Shown: positions 27,958 to 38,152 of the stretch, piece after piece
Position numbering within the stretch: the first letter of the stretch is position 1
How the letters are laid out: the number at the start of each line of letters is the position of its first letter
Virus record (IMG/VR): IMGVR_UViG_3300020079_000007
Location: 64,001 to 128,000 of that record
DNA length: 64,000 bases
Reading direction: 5' to 3' (one strand)
Origin: a virus
Taxonomy: Duplodnaviria; Caudoviricetes
Notes under the pieces: generated by a model
Seen by the model: only the letters and a program-made list of their open reading frames with translations
Databases searched by the model: none
What the model was told of the DNA's origin: nothing
Translations under genes and position numbers: made by a program

Positions 27958-28941
27958 ATGCTTTACATTATTGGCGATTTGCATCTTTCTGCAATGAATC
28001 CTTGGAACTATGAAATAAGTGAAAACTTTATAAAGTGGTTTGAGACTTGGGTTGCGAATACCAAAAAAGAAGATTCCAACCCACATCTTCTTTGGCTTGG
28101 TGATATTACTGAAAAGGATGTCAACCCAGGTGATGTTATCGACCAAGAGTTTCGTATCTTCCAAATATGTTCAAATAACTTCATAACAACCCACGTCATA
28201 ATGGGCAATCACGACATCAAGTTGTATCGCCAAAAAGCACAGCACTCTTTGAAGTTCTTACGCAACTTTCCTAATGTAAGTGTCGTTGATAAACCTATTG
28301 ATGTTAACATCTCAAATACAAAAGTAAGAATGCTTCCTCACGTCAGAGTTCAAGGCCGCACTCTTTCAGAATATTATTCTACAATGACTTTCAGAACTGA
28401 TGTTGATTTGGTTGTAGGGCACTGGAATAAATATGACCCAAGTTCACCAATTCAAGGCGGAGTTAAAACAGATAATATGAGAACAAAAGCTTTGTGTCTT
28501 GGCCACGTTCATACAAGAACAGACCCAGATTACACAGGCTCAGTTTTTCCAAATAAAGTTGATGAAGTAGGTCAGAGAGTTATAAAAGTTTTTAATGATG
28601 GCGCTTTTGTAAAAGAGATTGAACTTCCTCAGTTTGTATCTTACGACACAATTGAATATCCTAAAGAGATTGTTGAGCCTCAAGATGGTAAAGTTCATAT
28701 TTATACTGTAGAGGGTATTTCAAACATCACAGCAGCAAAGTCATTTTACAAAGATCACTTTATTCGTGGTGTTCTTTTAAAGAAGATTGATAAAGACCAA
28801 ACAACAGGATTTATCTCTGATGATGTCTTTATGTATAAAGATAATTATCAGGCTTTTAATGATTGGCTTAAAGAAACAAAATACCCACTTTCAAGAAAAG
28901 CTGCTGCTATTCTGACACAATTGTTGAAAAAGACTTCTTAG
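27958..28941 (+). CDS. Mre11/SbcD-like metallophosphoesterase nuclease (gp47-like)
   Basis: GDLH, LGD, GNHD, GHVH, YTGS. Confidence 0.85.
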   Translation: MLYIIGDLHLSAMNPWNYEISENFIKWFETWVANTKKEDSNPHLLWLGDITEKDVNPGDVIDQEFRIFQICSNNFITTHVIMGNHDIKLYRQKAQHSLKFLRNFPNVSVVDKPIDVNISNTKVRMLPHVRVQGRTLSEYYSTMTFRTDVDLVVGHWNKYDPSSPIQGGVKTDNMRTKALCLGHVHTRTDPDYTGSVFPNKVDEVGQRVIKVFNDGAFVKEIELPQFVSYDTIEYPKEIVEPQDGKVHIYTVEGISNITAAKSFYKDHFIRGVLLKKIDKDQTTGFISDDVFMYKDNYQAFNDWLKETKYPLSRKAAAILTQLLKKTS

Positions 28942-29281
28942 TCTGTTTTATCATTTTTCTTACGCCTTTTTGATTTCTTTTAAGTATGTTCAAAGTACAA
29001 TTGAAATCATAAAGGGCAACAGCAACTGGGAAACCTGCATCTTTCAAAAACTTGCGGTTATCCCAAACTTCTCTTTCAAGAGTCTTACCCATTTGAAACA
29101 ACAACATTAAATCGTTTGTGTTTAATCTTTCGAAGAAGAACTTATATTTCAAGAATGGGTCGTTTGTTGTCATTTCGTGGTTGTAAGCATAGTCGTTTAT
29201 TGATTTGCTACACTGTGCGGCAATTCGTTCAAGAGTGCTTTTACAAGTCAAGTTAATTACATCTGCTACTATGCTATCCAT
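28907..29281 (-). CDS. Hypothetical early protein
   Basis: 124 aa directly after a class-I promoter motif. Confidence 0.5.
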   Translation of the reverse strand: MDSIVADVINLTCKSTLERIAAQCSKSINDYAYNHEMTTNDPFLKYKFFFERLNTNDLMLLFQMGKTLEREVWDNRKFLKDAGFPVAVALYDFNCTLNILKRNQKGVRKMIKQTKKSFSTIVSE

Positions 29282-29364
29282 AATTATAATATAAAAGAAA
29301 TCATCGTAAAGTTTAATGTTAATATATTTTCAAGTATAAGGCAGTTCGGCCTTAGGGAGATATA

Positions 29365-30417
29365 ATGTTAACGATTGATAAGTCAACTGAGTTGACTGTT
29401 CACGACTTTATTAAAAATAAAGAGTATAAGCCTTTCAAAGATTGGCGAACAGTTGCAAAAACTGAAAACTTCGGGTTACTTTTCGGTTGTTCAGCAGGAC
29501 GATTTGCTGTTATGTTGGAACAGGCAAACTTTACAGAAGCTGAATGTGAAGAGTATATCAAATTAAAAAATCTTACATCTGTTTATAACGCTGCACTTTC
29601 GAATGCAGGCGGTAAAAATCCAAAAGACGTTAAATTTGTTGTTGTTGCAGACGATATGCGTGAGTCATTCTTCAAGTCGTATGAAGGATTGATGGACCGT
29701 ATCAAACGAGAACAAATGTTTGCTCTTGCTCACGGTTATGTTCGAGCTTGGCACGGACCTGTTCGTCATCTTGCTGAACTTCGTTTTATGTCTGTAAATG
29801 ACCAAGGAAACTTGACAGGCGCTGACCGTTCTTTATATTCAAAGATGTTTGCTCACTTGTTAAACAACGCTTGTAACTCAACTATTCAATCAATGGAAGC
29901 CCGCATCGCTTTCTCAACTTGGTTGAATACTTCAAAGTATCTTGCTCTTTGGGGATTGAAATCATATTGTTGGAACAACATTCACGACTCTCTTGACTTT
30001 TATGTTTGGAAGCCAGAGTTGCAACTTGTTATGTCTTTGGCAAATGCTTGTGCTGCTTGGGACCGTGAACCTGTAAAAGGTATTCATATGTCTTTTGATG
30101 GAGAAGTTTCTGATGTTCAGGATTACGAACACCGCTGCAACACATACTATAAAGCGGGCGTAGGTTATGACCCACTTCCAATTGAAGAAGCAATCAAAAA
30201 CTATAATGCAAAGAATGGCACTAACCTTAAGTGGTATGGTTGTGATTGGCTTTATGATAAATATATGCCAAACAGAGATGAGTTTTATAAATACTACTGT
30301 AATCTTAATGGCAAGTTGAATGTTGATGAATTCATCAAATCTTGGGGCGGTGTAATTCCTGAAGGTGTTGAAGTTGTTGAAATGCAAAAGCCTGCTAGGA
30401 GAATAATCAATGGATAA
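29365..30417 (+). CDS. Family A DNA polymerase, C-terminal fragment (motifs B and C)
   Basis: RTVAKTENFGLLFG, GYVRAWHGPVR, NSTIQS, NNIHDSL. Confidence 0.85.
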   Translation: MLTIDKSTELTVHDFIKNKEYKPFKDWRTVAKTENFGLLFGCSAGRFAVMLEQANFTEAECEEYIKLKNLTSVYNAALSNAGGKNPKDVKFVVVADDMRESFFKSYEGLMDRIKREQMFALAHGYVRAWHGPVRHLAELRFMSVNDQGNLTGADRSLYSKMFAHLLNNACNSTIQSMEARIAFSTWLNTSKYLALWGLKSYCWNNIHDSLDFYVWKPELQLVMSLANACAAWDREPVKGIHMSFDGEVSDVQDYEHRCNTYYKAGVGYDPLPIEEAIKNYNAKNGTNLKWYGCDWLYDKYMPNRDEFYKYYCNLNGKLNVDEFIKSWGGVIPEGVEVVEMQKPARRIING

Positions 30418-30652
30418 GAAGATACCTCACGAATGTAAAAAAGAATACACTGAAAAAGATGCCTATGCAGATTATGGTCGTCTTCTTGCAATGAGAGATT
30501 TGAGAATAAATCATTCTGAACTTGCTGATGACAATTGGTGCAATGATTACTTTATGGCAGTTGTCGATAATATGAGAAAGAACGGGTATGATGTTGATAT
30601 GATGCTTTACTTATATAAGAAGCAGGAAGACGGTTCTTGGGAGGCAATATAA
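30410..30652 (+). CDS. Hypothetical protein
   Basis: 80 aa, SD, overlapping couplings. Confidence 0.55.
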   Translation: MDKKIPHECKKEYTEKDAYADYGRLLAMRDLRINHSELADDNWCNDYFMAVVDNMRKNGYDVDMMLYLYKKQEDGSWEAI

Positions 30653-31242
30653 TGGCAGCAACACGAAGAAGTAAGGCTGAGATTGAAGCAGAGAAAAAAG
30701 CAAAGCTTGAGCGTAAACTCGAAAGAGAAAGAAAAAAGGCTGAAAAGGAAGCTAAAGCAAAAGCTCGTGAAGAAAAGAAAGCTGCAAAAGAAGCAAAGTT
30801 GAAAGCAAAAGAAGAAGCTGCAAAAGCTAAAGAATTGCAAAAACTTGAAGATGAAAAAATTCAAAAGATTATTGATAAGCTTAAAGTTGGGAAAGAATAC
30901 GCCCAGCCTAAGCCTATGACAATAAAAGAAAAGGACTTGTGCAAAAAGATTTTGGAAGGCGCAGTTCTTTCAATTTGTAGTCAAACTTATGGTCAACATT
31001 CTTTTAACATTTTGTCACATAGAGGGAATGAATTCGTAATAAGCATTGATAGTATTTATTACTTTTACAACAAAGCAAAGAACACAGGCATAAACTTTGG
31101 AAGTGTTTTTGAAACTTGGCTTGAAAGTTGTAAAAGAATTCCTTGGACAGAGTCGGAGCCTTCAATATTGACTAATCAAGTCATTCAGATAACAGAGGGT
31201 GTTAATTTAACTACTACAAAGAAAAAGAGAGGTAAGAAATAA
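30652..31242 (+). CDS. Hypothetical protein with Lys/Ala/Glu-rich helical N-terminus
   Basis: KAEKEAKAKAREEKKAAKE repeats. Confidence 0.6.
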   Translation: MAATRRSKAEIEAEKKAKLERKLERERKKAEKEAKAKAREEKKAAKEAKLKAKEEAAKAKELQKLEDEKIQKIIDKLKVGKEYAQPKPMTIKEKDLCKKILEGAVLSICSQTYGQHSFNILSHRGNEFVISIDSIYYFYNKAKNTGINFGSVFETWLESCKRIPWTESEPSILTNQVIQITEGVNLTTTKKKRGKK

Positions 31243-33302
31243 TGGCGTTTACGTTTGGGGGTATTCGCGAAAATACAAAAGCTAAGGACTTGCTTAAGCC
31301 GTCTGATATTCTCGATTATGTTATTGAAGATCACTTCGATGAAGATGAAAAAGATTATTTTATTTTCTTACTTGACAAGTTCCCTGCTGAAGATAAAAAG
31401 CAGCTTATCTTAAAACGTATCCGTGATGCGGGTTATCGTTCTTATAAAGTTTTAGTTGCTGTTGATTGCAAATATAAAGAAGATGACTTGAAGGGCGGAA
31501 GTATTGTTGAGTTTATGATGACTCACCGTTCAGGTTGGAGAAAAGATATTGATTGTGCAGGAACACATTGCCGCGCCATAATGGCTTTCGGTTGTGCTAT
31601 GTATTCAATCAACTGTTCTGCTGATATTTTGACAGGTGACTTTTATGATGATAAGATGTTAAGACCTTATTATTATATGGGTCACGAAATCTTCAAGTAT
31701 GATACTTATATATTCCCAGTTGATGGCATTGAAGAATTGTACCCAACAATTAAGTCATCATCTAATTCAGTGAATTATAAAACAAAGTTTTTCTACTCAC
31801 AGGTCTCAAGAATGCGTAAGACACCTTATGAATGGGAGCCAATGTTTTTATCATCTGACCCAAAGTTTATTTCAGTCAATTCAAAAGAAGAAGCAGACCA
31901 AGTATTCAAAGACAATATGGACAAGTACTTGGTTGCGTTCGATACTGAAACAAACGGCTTGAAGTTTTATGAAAATTATATTCACTGTCTTACAATTTGT
32001 TGGGACGGTCTTAAGGGATATTTCATTCCTTGGAAATATGTTGATGTAAAATTGTTTGAAGAAAATGTTATGTCTTGTCAGCATCGCACAGGTGCCAACC
32101 CTAAGTTCGATATTAAGTTCTTTTGGAAACACGGTGTATCAAGACGCGTAAATGTTACAGATGCAACAGATAGGCTTGCGCACTGTATTACATCTGAAGT
32201 TAGGTCAGGTTTGAAGCCACTTGCGTATCGTTATTCACCTTTCGGCGGTTATGATATTAAGCTTGACAAATGGAAGAAACAAACAAAGTGTGATGACTAT
32301 ACAAAAATTCCTAATGACATCCTTGCTCCTTACGCAACAATGGACGCTTTGGTTACTTGGAGAATTCAGTGTGAGTTGTGGACACTTGTTGATGAAATCG
32401 ATAGAAACTTCCCTAACGAAAAATATCCTGAGTGGACAATTCGCCGTTGGTATGAAACACAGATGATGGAAATTTACAAAGAAATTTGTAATGTTGAATA
32501 TCGCGGTATTTATGTTAACTGGGAATTGATGGAAAAGTACCGTTGTGAAATGGTTGAAGATTTGCGAAAGAAAGATGAAGAGCTTCGTAAAATATGGGGT
32601 GTTGATAACAACTTCAACATTTCATCAACAACTGAAGTAGGTAAGTTGTTTGAAAAACTTGGATGGACTTGCTGCGGTCGTAATGAGGCAGGTGTTTATC
32701 TTACAGGTGATGAAGCTATGGGTACTTGGTCAAGAGAGAAACGCCCAGGAGTTGATTTGCTTGCTGAATACCGAACTGAAAAAACTTCGCTTGGTTCTTT
32801 CGTAGGACTCGATCCTGCTATGTGGCAAACACATAAAGATTGGCCTGAATGGTTGAAACCTAAAGAAACTACAGGTTGGCTTCAATACATTTATCACGAT
32901 GAAAACGATGGTAATCCTGAAGAAGGTGGCTCATATCGAGTTCAGCAGTCTTATCTTGTAATGGGAACAGAAACTTATCGTTTCATCGGTAAAGATCCAA
33001 ACTTCCAAAACATCCCTACACGCAACAAGTATGCAGGATTTGTAAAGAAGTGTATTGATACTCCGCCTGCTGATTTGTACACAATCGTAGGCAGTGATGG
33101 CAAGGAATATAATCTTGCGGAGTTTGAGCTTGTTTACACAAATGAAGGCTATAAAACTGCAAAAGAATGTTTCTCAAAAATGAGAAGTTTGCAATTTATT
33201 GATAAAGACCCAGAACATCCTGCAGTTATAAGATGTGGATTTGATAAACAAGAAGACGGATCTTTCAAAAAGCCAGACCCAAAAATTTGGTTTGAAGCAT
33301 AA
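31242..33302 (+). CDS. Family A DNA polymerase, N-terminal fragment (3'-5' exonuclease, thumb, start of palm)
   Basis: FDTETNGL, NPKFDIK, YATMDA, VEYRGI, FNISST, PNFQNIP; ends without a canonical motif A. Confidence 0.88.
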   Translation: MAFTFGGIRENTKAKDLLKPSDILDYVIEDHFDEDEKDYFIFLLDKFPAEDKKQLILKRIRDAGYRSYKVLVAVDCKYKEDDLKGGSIVEFMMTHRSGWRKDIDCAGTHCRAIMAFGCAMYSINCSADILTGDFYDDKMLRPYYYMGHEIFKYDTYIFPVDGIEELYPTIKSSSNSVNYKTKFFYSQVSRMRKTPYEWEPMFLSSDPKFISVNSKEEADQVFKDNMDKYLVAFDTETNGLKFYENYIHCLTICWDGLKGYFIPWKYVDVKLFEENVMSCQHRTGANPKFDIKFFWKHGVSRRVNVTDATDRLAHCITSEVRSGLKPLAYRYSPFGGYDIKLDKWKKQTKCDDYTKIPNDILAPYATMDALVTWRIQCELWTLVDEIDRNFPNEKYPEWTIRRWYETQMMEIYKEICNVEYRGIYVNWELMEKYRCEMVEDLRKKDEELRKIWGVDNNFNISSTTEVGKLFEKLGWTCCGRNEAGVYLTGDEAMGTWSREKRPGVDLLAEYRTEKTSLGSFVGLDPAMWQTHKDWPEWLKPKETTGWLQYIYHDENDGNPEEGGSYRVQQSYLVMGTETYRFIGKDPNFQNIPTRNKYAGFVKKCIDTPPADLYTIVGSDGKEYNLAEFELVYTNEGYKTAKECFSKMRSLQFIDKDPEHPAVIRCGFDKQEDGSFKKPDPKIWFEA

Positions 33303-33404
33303 AAAATGGGCAATATCCATCAGAGAAGATATTAAAATATCTAAGGAGATATTCTGAGGATTACCCCTCCTCAAGGGTTTCTTTCTGACTGGTTTAATTG
33401 CCCG
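33301..33404 (-). ncRNA. Putative structured small RNA
   Basis: ACTAAAT motif at 33414-33408, long closing stem GGGCAAT/ATTGCCC, internal stems, then a T-run. Confidence 0.45.
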
Positions 33405-33484
33405 ATTATTTAGTAAAGATTATTTGATAAAGTTTAATAAAAAAGGAGCCTTTCGGCTCCTTTACTTTTTTAACTTACTTATTA

Positions 33485-34795
33485 TTAAATTACTTTGTAA
33501 GTTGCAATGATGCTCAGAAGAACCTCTGGGTCAAGGCCACTGCTGTAAGAACTGAACATTTCAAGGAATGGCCACTTTTCAGCGCTAATCTCGATTGTCT
33601 CTTCTGCAGCTGTGTTAATCTGGAAGCCTGCAACGCGAGCAATATATTCAATCTTACGAAGATTGTCTCTTGCAGTCCAAGAATTGTTGTACTTTTCTGC
33701 AGACTCAACAACTTTCATAAATTCTTTGATTCTTTCCATTTCATCAGGTGTTGCTGCAAGGTTGAGACGGCTTGCATTTGCATCCCAATACTTTGTAATC
33801 TTTTCACGAACAGGGCTTAAAGAAAGAATACCGATACGTCCTTCAATGTTTGTAATCTTGTTCTTTGAAGCAAGATTTTCGTAATACTTCAGACCCTGCT
33901 TTTTAGCAAACTCAATGAAAGTGTTCAACTTCTTGTAAGCTTCACCTTTCTGAAGGCGCTTCCAATCACCGTAGTTGATTTTCAAAGCCTTTCTTTTAGG
34001 GAAGACAACGTTCAGGTAATCTTCAATACCGTGAAGATACTTTGAAGGAGTAGTCTTGCAAACATTCAAATCAGCAGAGTAGTAATCACTACGATTGCGG
34101 GCGATGAAGATGATTGCATCTTTAAGGTTTGCATCAGCCAAGATTTCGTTTGCACTGTAAACTTTATCAGCATCATATTTTCCAATTCCGCCGAAAAGCT
34201 TTTCATCATCAACGCGGTCTGCAAGTCGGGCAACAGCTTTCTTTTCTGTTTTACCGTTTACATCAACTTCAACATAATCGTCGAAGTTGAAAACTCTTGG
34301 GCTTGCATATCCAACTTTCTTTACAAGATCTTCGATATTAGGACCCATAATTGTGATTGGGTAATCATCTGTAAGTTTGTTTTTTGCAAGGATGTCGTCA
34401 AGAACCATTGCAGAACCGTTAGGGAACCAACGGAAGTCAGCAGAGTCCATAAACTTGTCATACTTTTTCTGAGAAATGTTTACAAAGATTATTGACTTTT
34501 CTTTGTTTTCAGAGAAGAAGTATCCGATCTTCTGTTCGATTGTGTTGAATTTTGCAATGTAAGAAGGTCCTGCATACTTGTGAACCTGACGATTGTTGTT
34601 GTTTCTGTAAGTTGATACTTCGATAAAAGGAAGACTGAAAATACCATCAATTTTCTTTTCAATCTTTGACTGCTTTTCAGCCTGAATTTTGACGATGTCA
34701 GAAATATCATCTTCAAGCAAGTCCTGATACTTTTCAACGATTTTTGTAAGCTTTCCGATACGCTTGCAAGTGTTGTAAGACTGTTTGATATTCAT
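33485..34795 (-). CDS. Hypothetical protein, probable C-terminal part of an rIIA-like protein
   Basis: 436 aa immediately after the short rIIA-like gene; own class-I promoter. Confidence 0.5.
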   Translation of the reverse strand: MNIKQSYNTCKRIGKLTKIVEKYQDLLEDDISDIVKIQAEKQSKIEKKIDGIFSLPFIEVSTYRNNNNRQVHKYAGPSYIAKFNTIEQKIGYFFSENKEKSIIFVNISQKKYDKFMDSADFRWFPNGSAMVLDDILAKNKLTDDYPITIMGPNIEDLVKKVGYASPRVFNFDDYVEVDVNGKTEKKAVARLADRVDDEKLFGGIGKYDADKVYSANEILADANLKDAIIFIARNRSDYYSADLNVCKTTPSKYLHGIEDYLNVVFPKRKALKINYGDWKRLQKGEAYKKLNTFIEFAKKQGLKYYENLASKNKITNIEGRIGILSLSPVREKITKYWDANASRLNLAATPDEMERIKEFMKVVESAEKYNNSWTARDNLRKIEYIARVAGFQINTAAEETIEISAEKWPFLEMFSSYSSGLDPEVLLSIIATYKVI

Positions 34796-34876
34796 ATAAG
34801 TTACTCCTTTCGATTGATTTTACAAATATAATATAAAGAAGTTGCCGGAAAAGTTCAGTTTTCCGGCATTTTTTCT

Positions 34877-35917
34877 TTATGCTGTTGCGAGTTCTTCGTA
34901 AGCTTTTCTTGAGTAGAAGTTTACGATTGATCTTTTCAAAGCATTTTTTGTTGCTTCTGTGTAATTCAACTTTTCACGAGAAGCCTGAAAGTTCAAAGAA
35001 CCGATTGGGAAGTGAAGAACCAAAGTATGGTTGTGTGAGTCTTCTTTGAAGAAAGAAATTGCATCGTAATCTCCATCGAAAACCTGTGCAATATCAACAT
35101 CGTAAGGAACTCCACCCATATCAACGATTGTTCCTGAGAAACGGCCCGCAATCTTTGAGATAAACTTGTTTGCTGCCATCATATCAGCGTCAGTTGCATC
35201 GTAAGCGTCTGAATACTTGTCTGTCCTTACAATAAGGCGGTTTTCTCCCTTCAAAAGCTTGCGGATGTTGTTGAACTGCTCAAGGCTTTCAACTTCAGCC
35301 TGCTGCAGGAACTTGTCAGCTCCGTTGAGAAGTTCAGGCATCTGCTGTGCAAAAGCAAGTACCGGAATTGCTTCGTAAATGTAGTTGAAATGCTTGTCAG
35401 AAGGAACTGCGAAGTAAACCTTTGTTCCTGTTTCGTTTGAAGGCTCTTCACCGATAAACTTAAAACGTGGCTTTCTGTCAGGACCGCGGTAACAAAGAGC
35501 TGTTCTCTTTACGCCGTCTTTTGAACTTTCAACTGTCCAAGTATCAGCAACAGAGAACGGAGATTTTGCTCCAACTCCAAGGCCACCGATCTGGTCGTTT
35601 GTATCACGCTTGTCAGAACCACCGTAAGTGAAAACATTACGCATTTTTGCGGCATCCATTCCTATACCGTAATCACGAACCCAGAAAGTTGGGTCAATTT
35701 CGTTAGGAAAGTGTATCTGCACAGGATTTTCAACTCCTGCGGCGATATTTGCGTCAATTGCGTTTGAAAGAACTTCACGAATTACTGACTGAATTGGGTT
35801 TGAATAGAGCTTTGTCGAAAGAATGTCGAACAAGCCTGCATCGTTTGAATTGAGTGAAAATACTTCACCGTCGTCGATATTTGACTGAATGTCGGCTGCA
35901 TTTGAATTGATTACCAT
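34877..35917 (-). CDS. rIIA-like protein, N-terminal GHKL ATPase part
   Basis: LYSNPIQSVIREVLSNAIDA, VRDYGIGM, GGLGVGAKSPFS, ASREKLNY. Confidence 0.8.
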   Translation of the reverse strand: MVINSNAADIQSNIDDGEVFSLNSNDAGLFDILSTKLYSNPIQSVIREVLSNAIDANIAAGVENPVQIHFPNEIDPTFWVRDYGIGMDAAKMRNVFTYGGSDKRDTNDQIGGLGVGAKSPFSVADTWTVESSKDGVKRTALCYRGPDRKPRFKFIGEEPSNETGTKVYFAVPSDKHFNYIYEAIPVLAFAQQMPELLNGADKFLQQAEVESLEQFNNIRKLLKGENRLIVRTDKYSDAYDATDADMMAANKFISKIAGRFSGTIVDMGGVPYDVDIAQVFDGDYDAISFFKEDSHNHTLVLHFPIGSLNFQASREKLNYTEATKNALKRSIVNFYSRKAYEELATA

Positions 35918-35984
35918 AGATTTTACTCCTTTTGTTCCAAATTACAATAATAATATAAAAGAAGTAAAGTAAAAGTTTAAAAAA

Positions 35985-36440
35985 TTATGTAGGAATTTGC
36001 ACAGAAGCGTCTTTTCCGTAAATATAGTCATCTGCGGCAAATAAACCTGTGATTTTGTCCCTAACTGCGACTTTGACATACCAATAAGGTTTTGGTGCCA
36101 TACATTTGACTTCACATTGAATAATCTCAGCTTGAGGAAATTCTGCTGCTGCTTGTTTGATAAGTTCTGACTTTATAAGAGGTTCTGAGTCAGCATTAAA
36201 AGGATATTCGTGGATAGTCTCTGTTAAGAATCCGCCGTAATCTGCATTACGAATATAAGAGGTACTTCTTGATTGCAACCACATCTTTAAGGCATTAAGT
36301 ACAGGTGAACCCTTTCTTAATTCAATGTTATCAGGGCTGCTTGCATCAACGCCCTCATAATTTAAGTCTTGATAATCAATATTCTTTTGTAAAGATTTTT
36401 CAAGTTGTTTTAAGTTTCTTAAAATTACTGAACTTGCCAT
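35985..36440 (-). CDS. Baseplate wedge protein, gp25-like
   Basis: LNALKMWL...YIRNADYGG...EFPQAEII pattern; 151 aa. Confidence 0.55.
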   Translation of the reverse strand: MASSVILRNLKQLEKSLQKNIDYQDLNYEGVDASSPDNIELRKGSPVLNALKMWLQSRSTSYIRNADYGGFLTETIHEYPFNADSEPLIKSELIKQAAAEFPQAEIIQCEVKCMAPKPYWYVKVAVRDKITGLFAADDYIYGKDASVQIPT

Positions 36441-36450
36441 TTGTTACCTC

Positions 36451-37095
36451 TTAGAATAAACGAAGCTTTTTAGCAGAACCCCAGAAATCGTCTTCGCTAA
36501 TCTCTGTGATTGCTGACGTTACGTTTTGATAATCAATACGAACCACTTTATATGTTACTGTAACTGTTTTAATGTCTCCGCCGCCTGCAGAATCGTATTT
36601 AATTTCACCTATGCTTATAGGCTGCAAGCCTTTCATAAAACAGTAGCCTGTTTGCTTTGGGACTGGGAGAGAGTCAAAAGGCGACTCTAAATTTTCATTA
36701 CCTTCAACAAAAGCATATTTCACAACATTCATATCAATCATAGGCGGGTGTCCTACTGCCCAAATGCCTGTACCAAAGTCAACGGCGCGGCTCATTAAAG
36801 CAAGATGATACTTTTGAATTGAGTCGAAAGCGTCTTCATACCAGTTGATTGTGACCGTATCATTGATAGTTACCTTCTTTGGAAATGAAGCTCTTAATTG
36901 GTCGTCATATTCATACTCAAGTGTAGGCGGAGTTATTGTAATATCTTTAATACGAAATCTTGCGTTCTTAACTCCTGCTGTTCCCACTAAGTCTGCAATA
37001 AATAAAGAGTCATTGGCTACAGGCATAACACCATAAAGGTAGTCTAATGATTGAGATTGAAAATCTAAAAATTCATTCTGAGTTGTGTCTGCCAT
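36451..37095 (-). CDS. Tail-tube-like protein
   Basis: VTINWYED, GLQPISIGEIKYD...TVTVTY. Confidence 0.55.
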   Translation of the reverse strand: MADTTQNEFLDFQSQSLDYLYGVMPVANDSLFIADLVGTAGVKNARFRIKDITITPPTLEYEYDDQLRASFPKKVTINDTVTINWYEDAFDSIQKYHLALMSRAVDFGTGIWAVGHPPMIDMNVVKYAFVEGNENLESPFDSLPVPKQTGYCFMKGLQPISIGEIKYDSAGGGDIKTVTVTYKVVRIDYQNVTSAITEISEDDFWGSAKKLRLF

Positions 37096-37105
37096 AAAAA
37101 ATTAG

Positions 37106-38152
37106 TTAATATTTACCATCAGCGGTAATGTGAGCAAGTTTTCGATATACGAATGGGAATGTTGCAGAAAGTGGGTCTGCGCTGTCATTCTTAAACTGTA
37201 TGCTTGAACTTCTTCCTAAGAAACGGCAATCGTGGAAAATATATCTTTGAACTCTGTCGGTCTTAAATGATTCCGTAGGTGACTTTACAATCTGTACATC
37301 TGTTTCACCGAACCCAACTGTTCCCATAAGGTCGTGATAACGAGAGAATGTAAAGTAGTCGGCATCATATTCAACTACAATATCCAAAAGTTTACCTTTG
37401 CCATTTACTTTACGCATTGCAATGCCTAAAAAGTTGTAGAAGTTTTTTCCTTCAAGTGGGTGCAATGGAGAATTTTCTATGAAGTCTTTTCTTTTTCTTT
37501 CTGCTGCCCAGCAATCCGCATTAAGAGCGTGAAAAGCATCAAGAACATACATATTTTGGTCAAGTCTTATTGTAAGATCCAACTTTGTGTTTCTTTCATA
37601 ACGGCCCACAACTTTATTTATTGTGTGGCCTGCATATTGAATTGTGCCTGTGCTTTGTTTCTTTTGAGGAAACTCTATCCCATCAATTCTTGTGCCTATC
37701 AAAGACCATCTTTGTTCAAAAGGCGTTGAAAGAATGTTGCGTCCTGAGTCGTATGTTACTCTTTCAATGTTTTTTGATACATCAACATCAGTAATGTCTT
37801 TTCCGTTATCAACTAATATGAAATAAACATTGTACATATTAGGCATAAAGTCAGGCTCTTGAGACATTAAAACTTCAATAGGTGTTATAGCATCTTCAAT
37901 CTTTGTAACATCTTTTAAGTTCTTAATCCAATTTATTTCGTATTGTTCCTGTCCTTCGATAGGAGAAAGTGTTGGCTGAAAATTATCAATCTCTTTTATG
38001 TCGGTATAATCGACTTCGTTATTAAGCTTATGTGCGTCAAGGTCATCATTGTCAATACGAGTTGTCTTTTTTGTATTTGTTACATCTTCCAATGTATATT
38101 CTTGTGAGACATCATCAAGATGAACTTCATTGATTTGAGTGTAGTCAACCAT
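37106..38152 (-). CDS. Tail-tube-like/baseplate protein
   Basis: PDFMPNMYNVYF...LTIRLD...YIFHDCRF...ATFPFVY, paralogous to 2172..2819. Confidence 0.55.
   Translation of the reverse strand: MVDYTQINEVHLDDVSQEYTLEDVTNTKKTTRIDNDDLDAHKLNNEVDYTDIKEIDNFQPTLSPIEGQEQYEINWIKNLKDVTKIEDAITPIEVLMSQEPDFMPNMYNVYFILVDNGKDITDVDVSKNIERVTYDSGRNILSTPFEQRWSLIGTRIDGIEFPQKKQSTGTIQYAGHTINKVVGRYERNTKLDLTIRLDQNMYVLDAFHALNADCWAAERKRKDFIENSPLHPLEGKNFYNFLGIAMRKVNGKGKLLDIVVEYDADYFTFSRYHDLMGTVGFGETDVQIVKSPTESFKTDRVQRYIFHDCRFLGRSSSIQFKNDSADPLSATFPFVYRKLAHITADGKY

Noticed and set aside
33050-33302. Split intein joining the polymerase fragments
   Set aside because: No TxxH block and no HN-C/S/T junction in the C-fragment; motif A would still be missing
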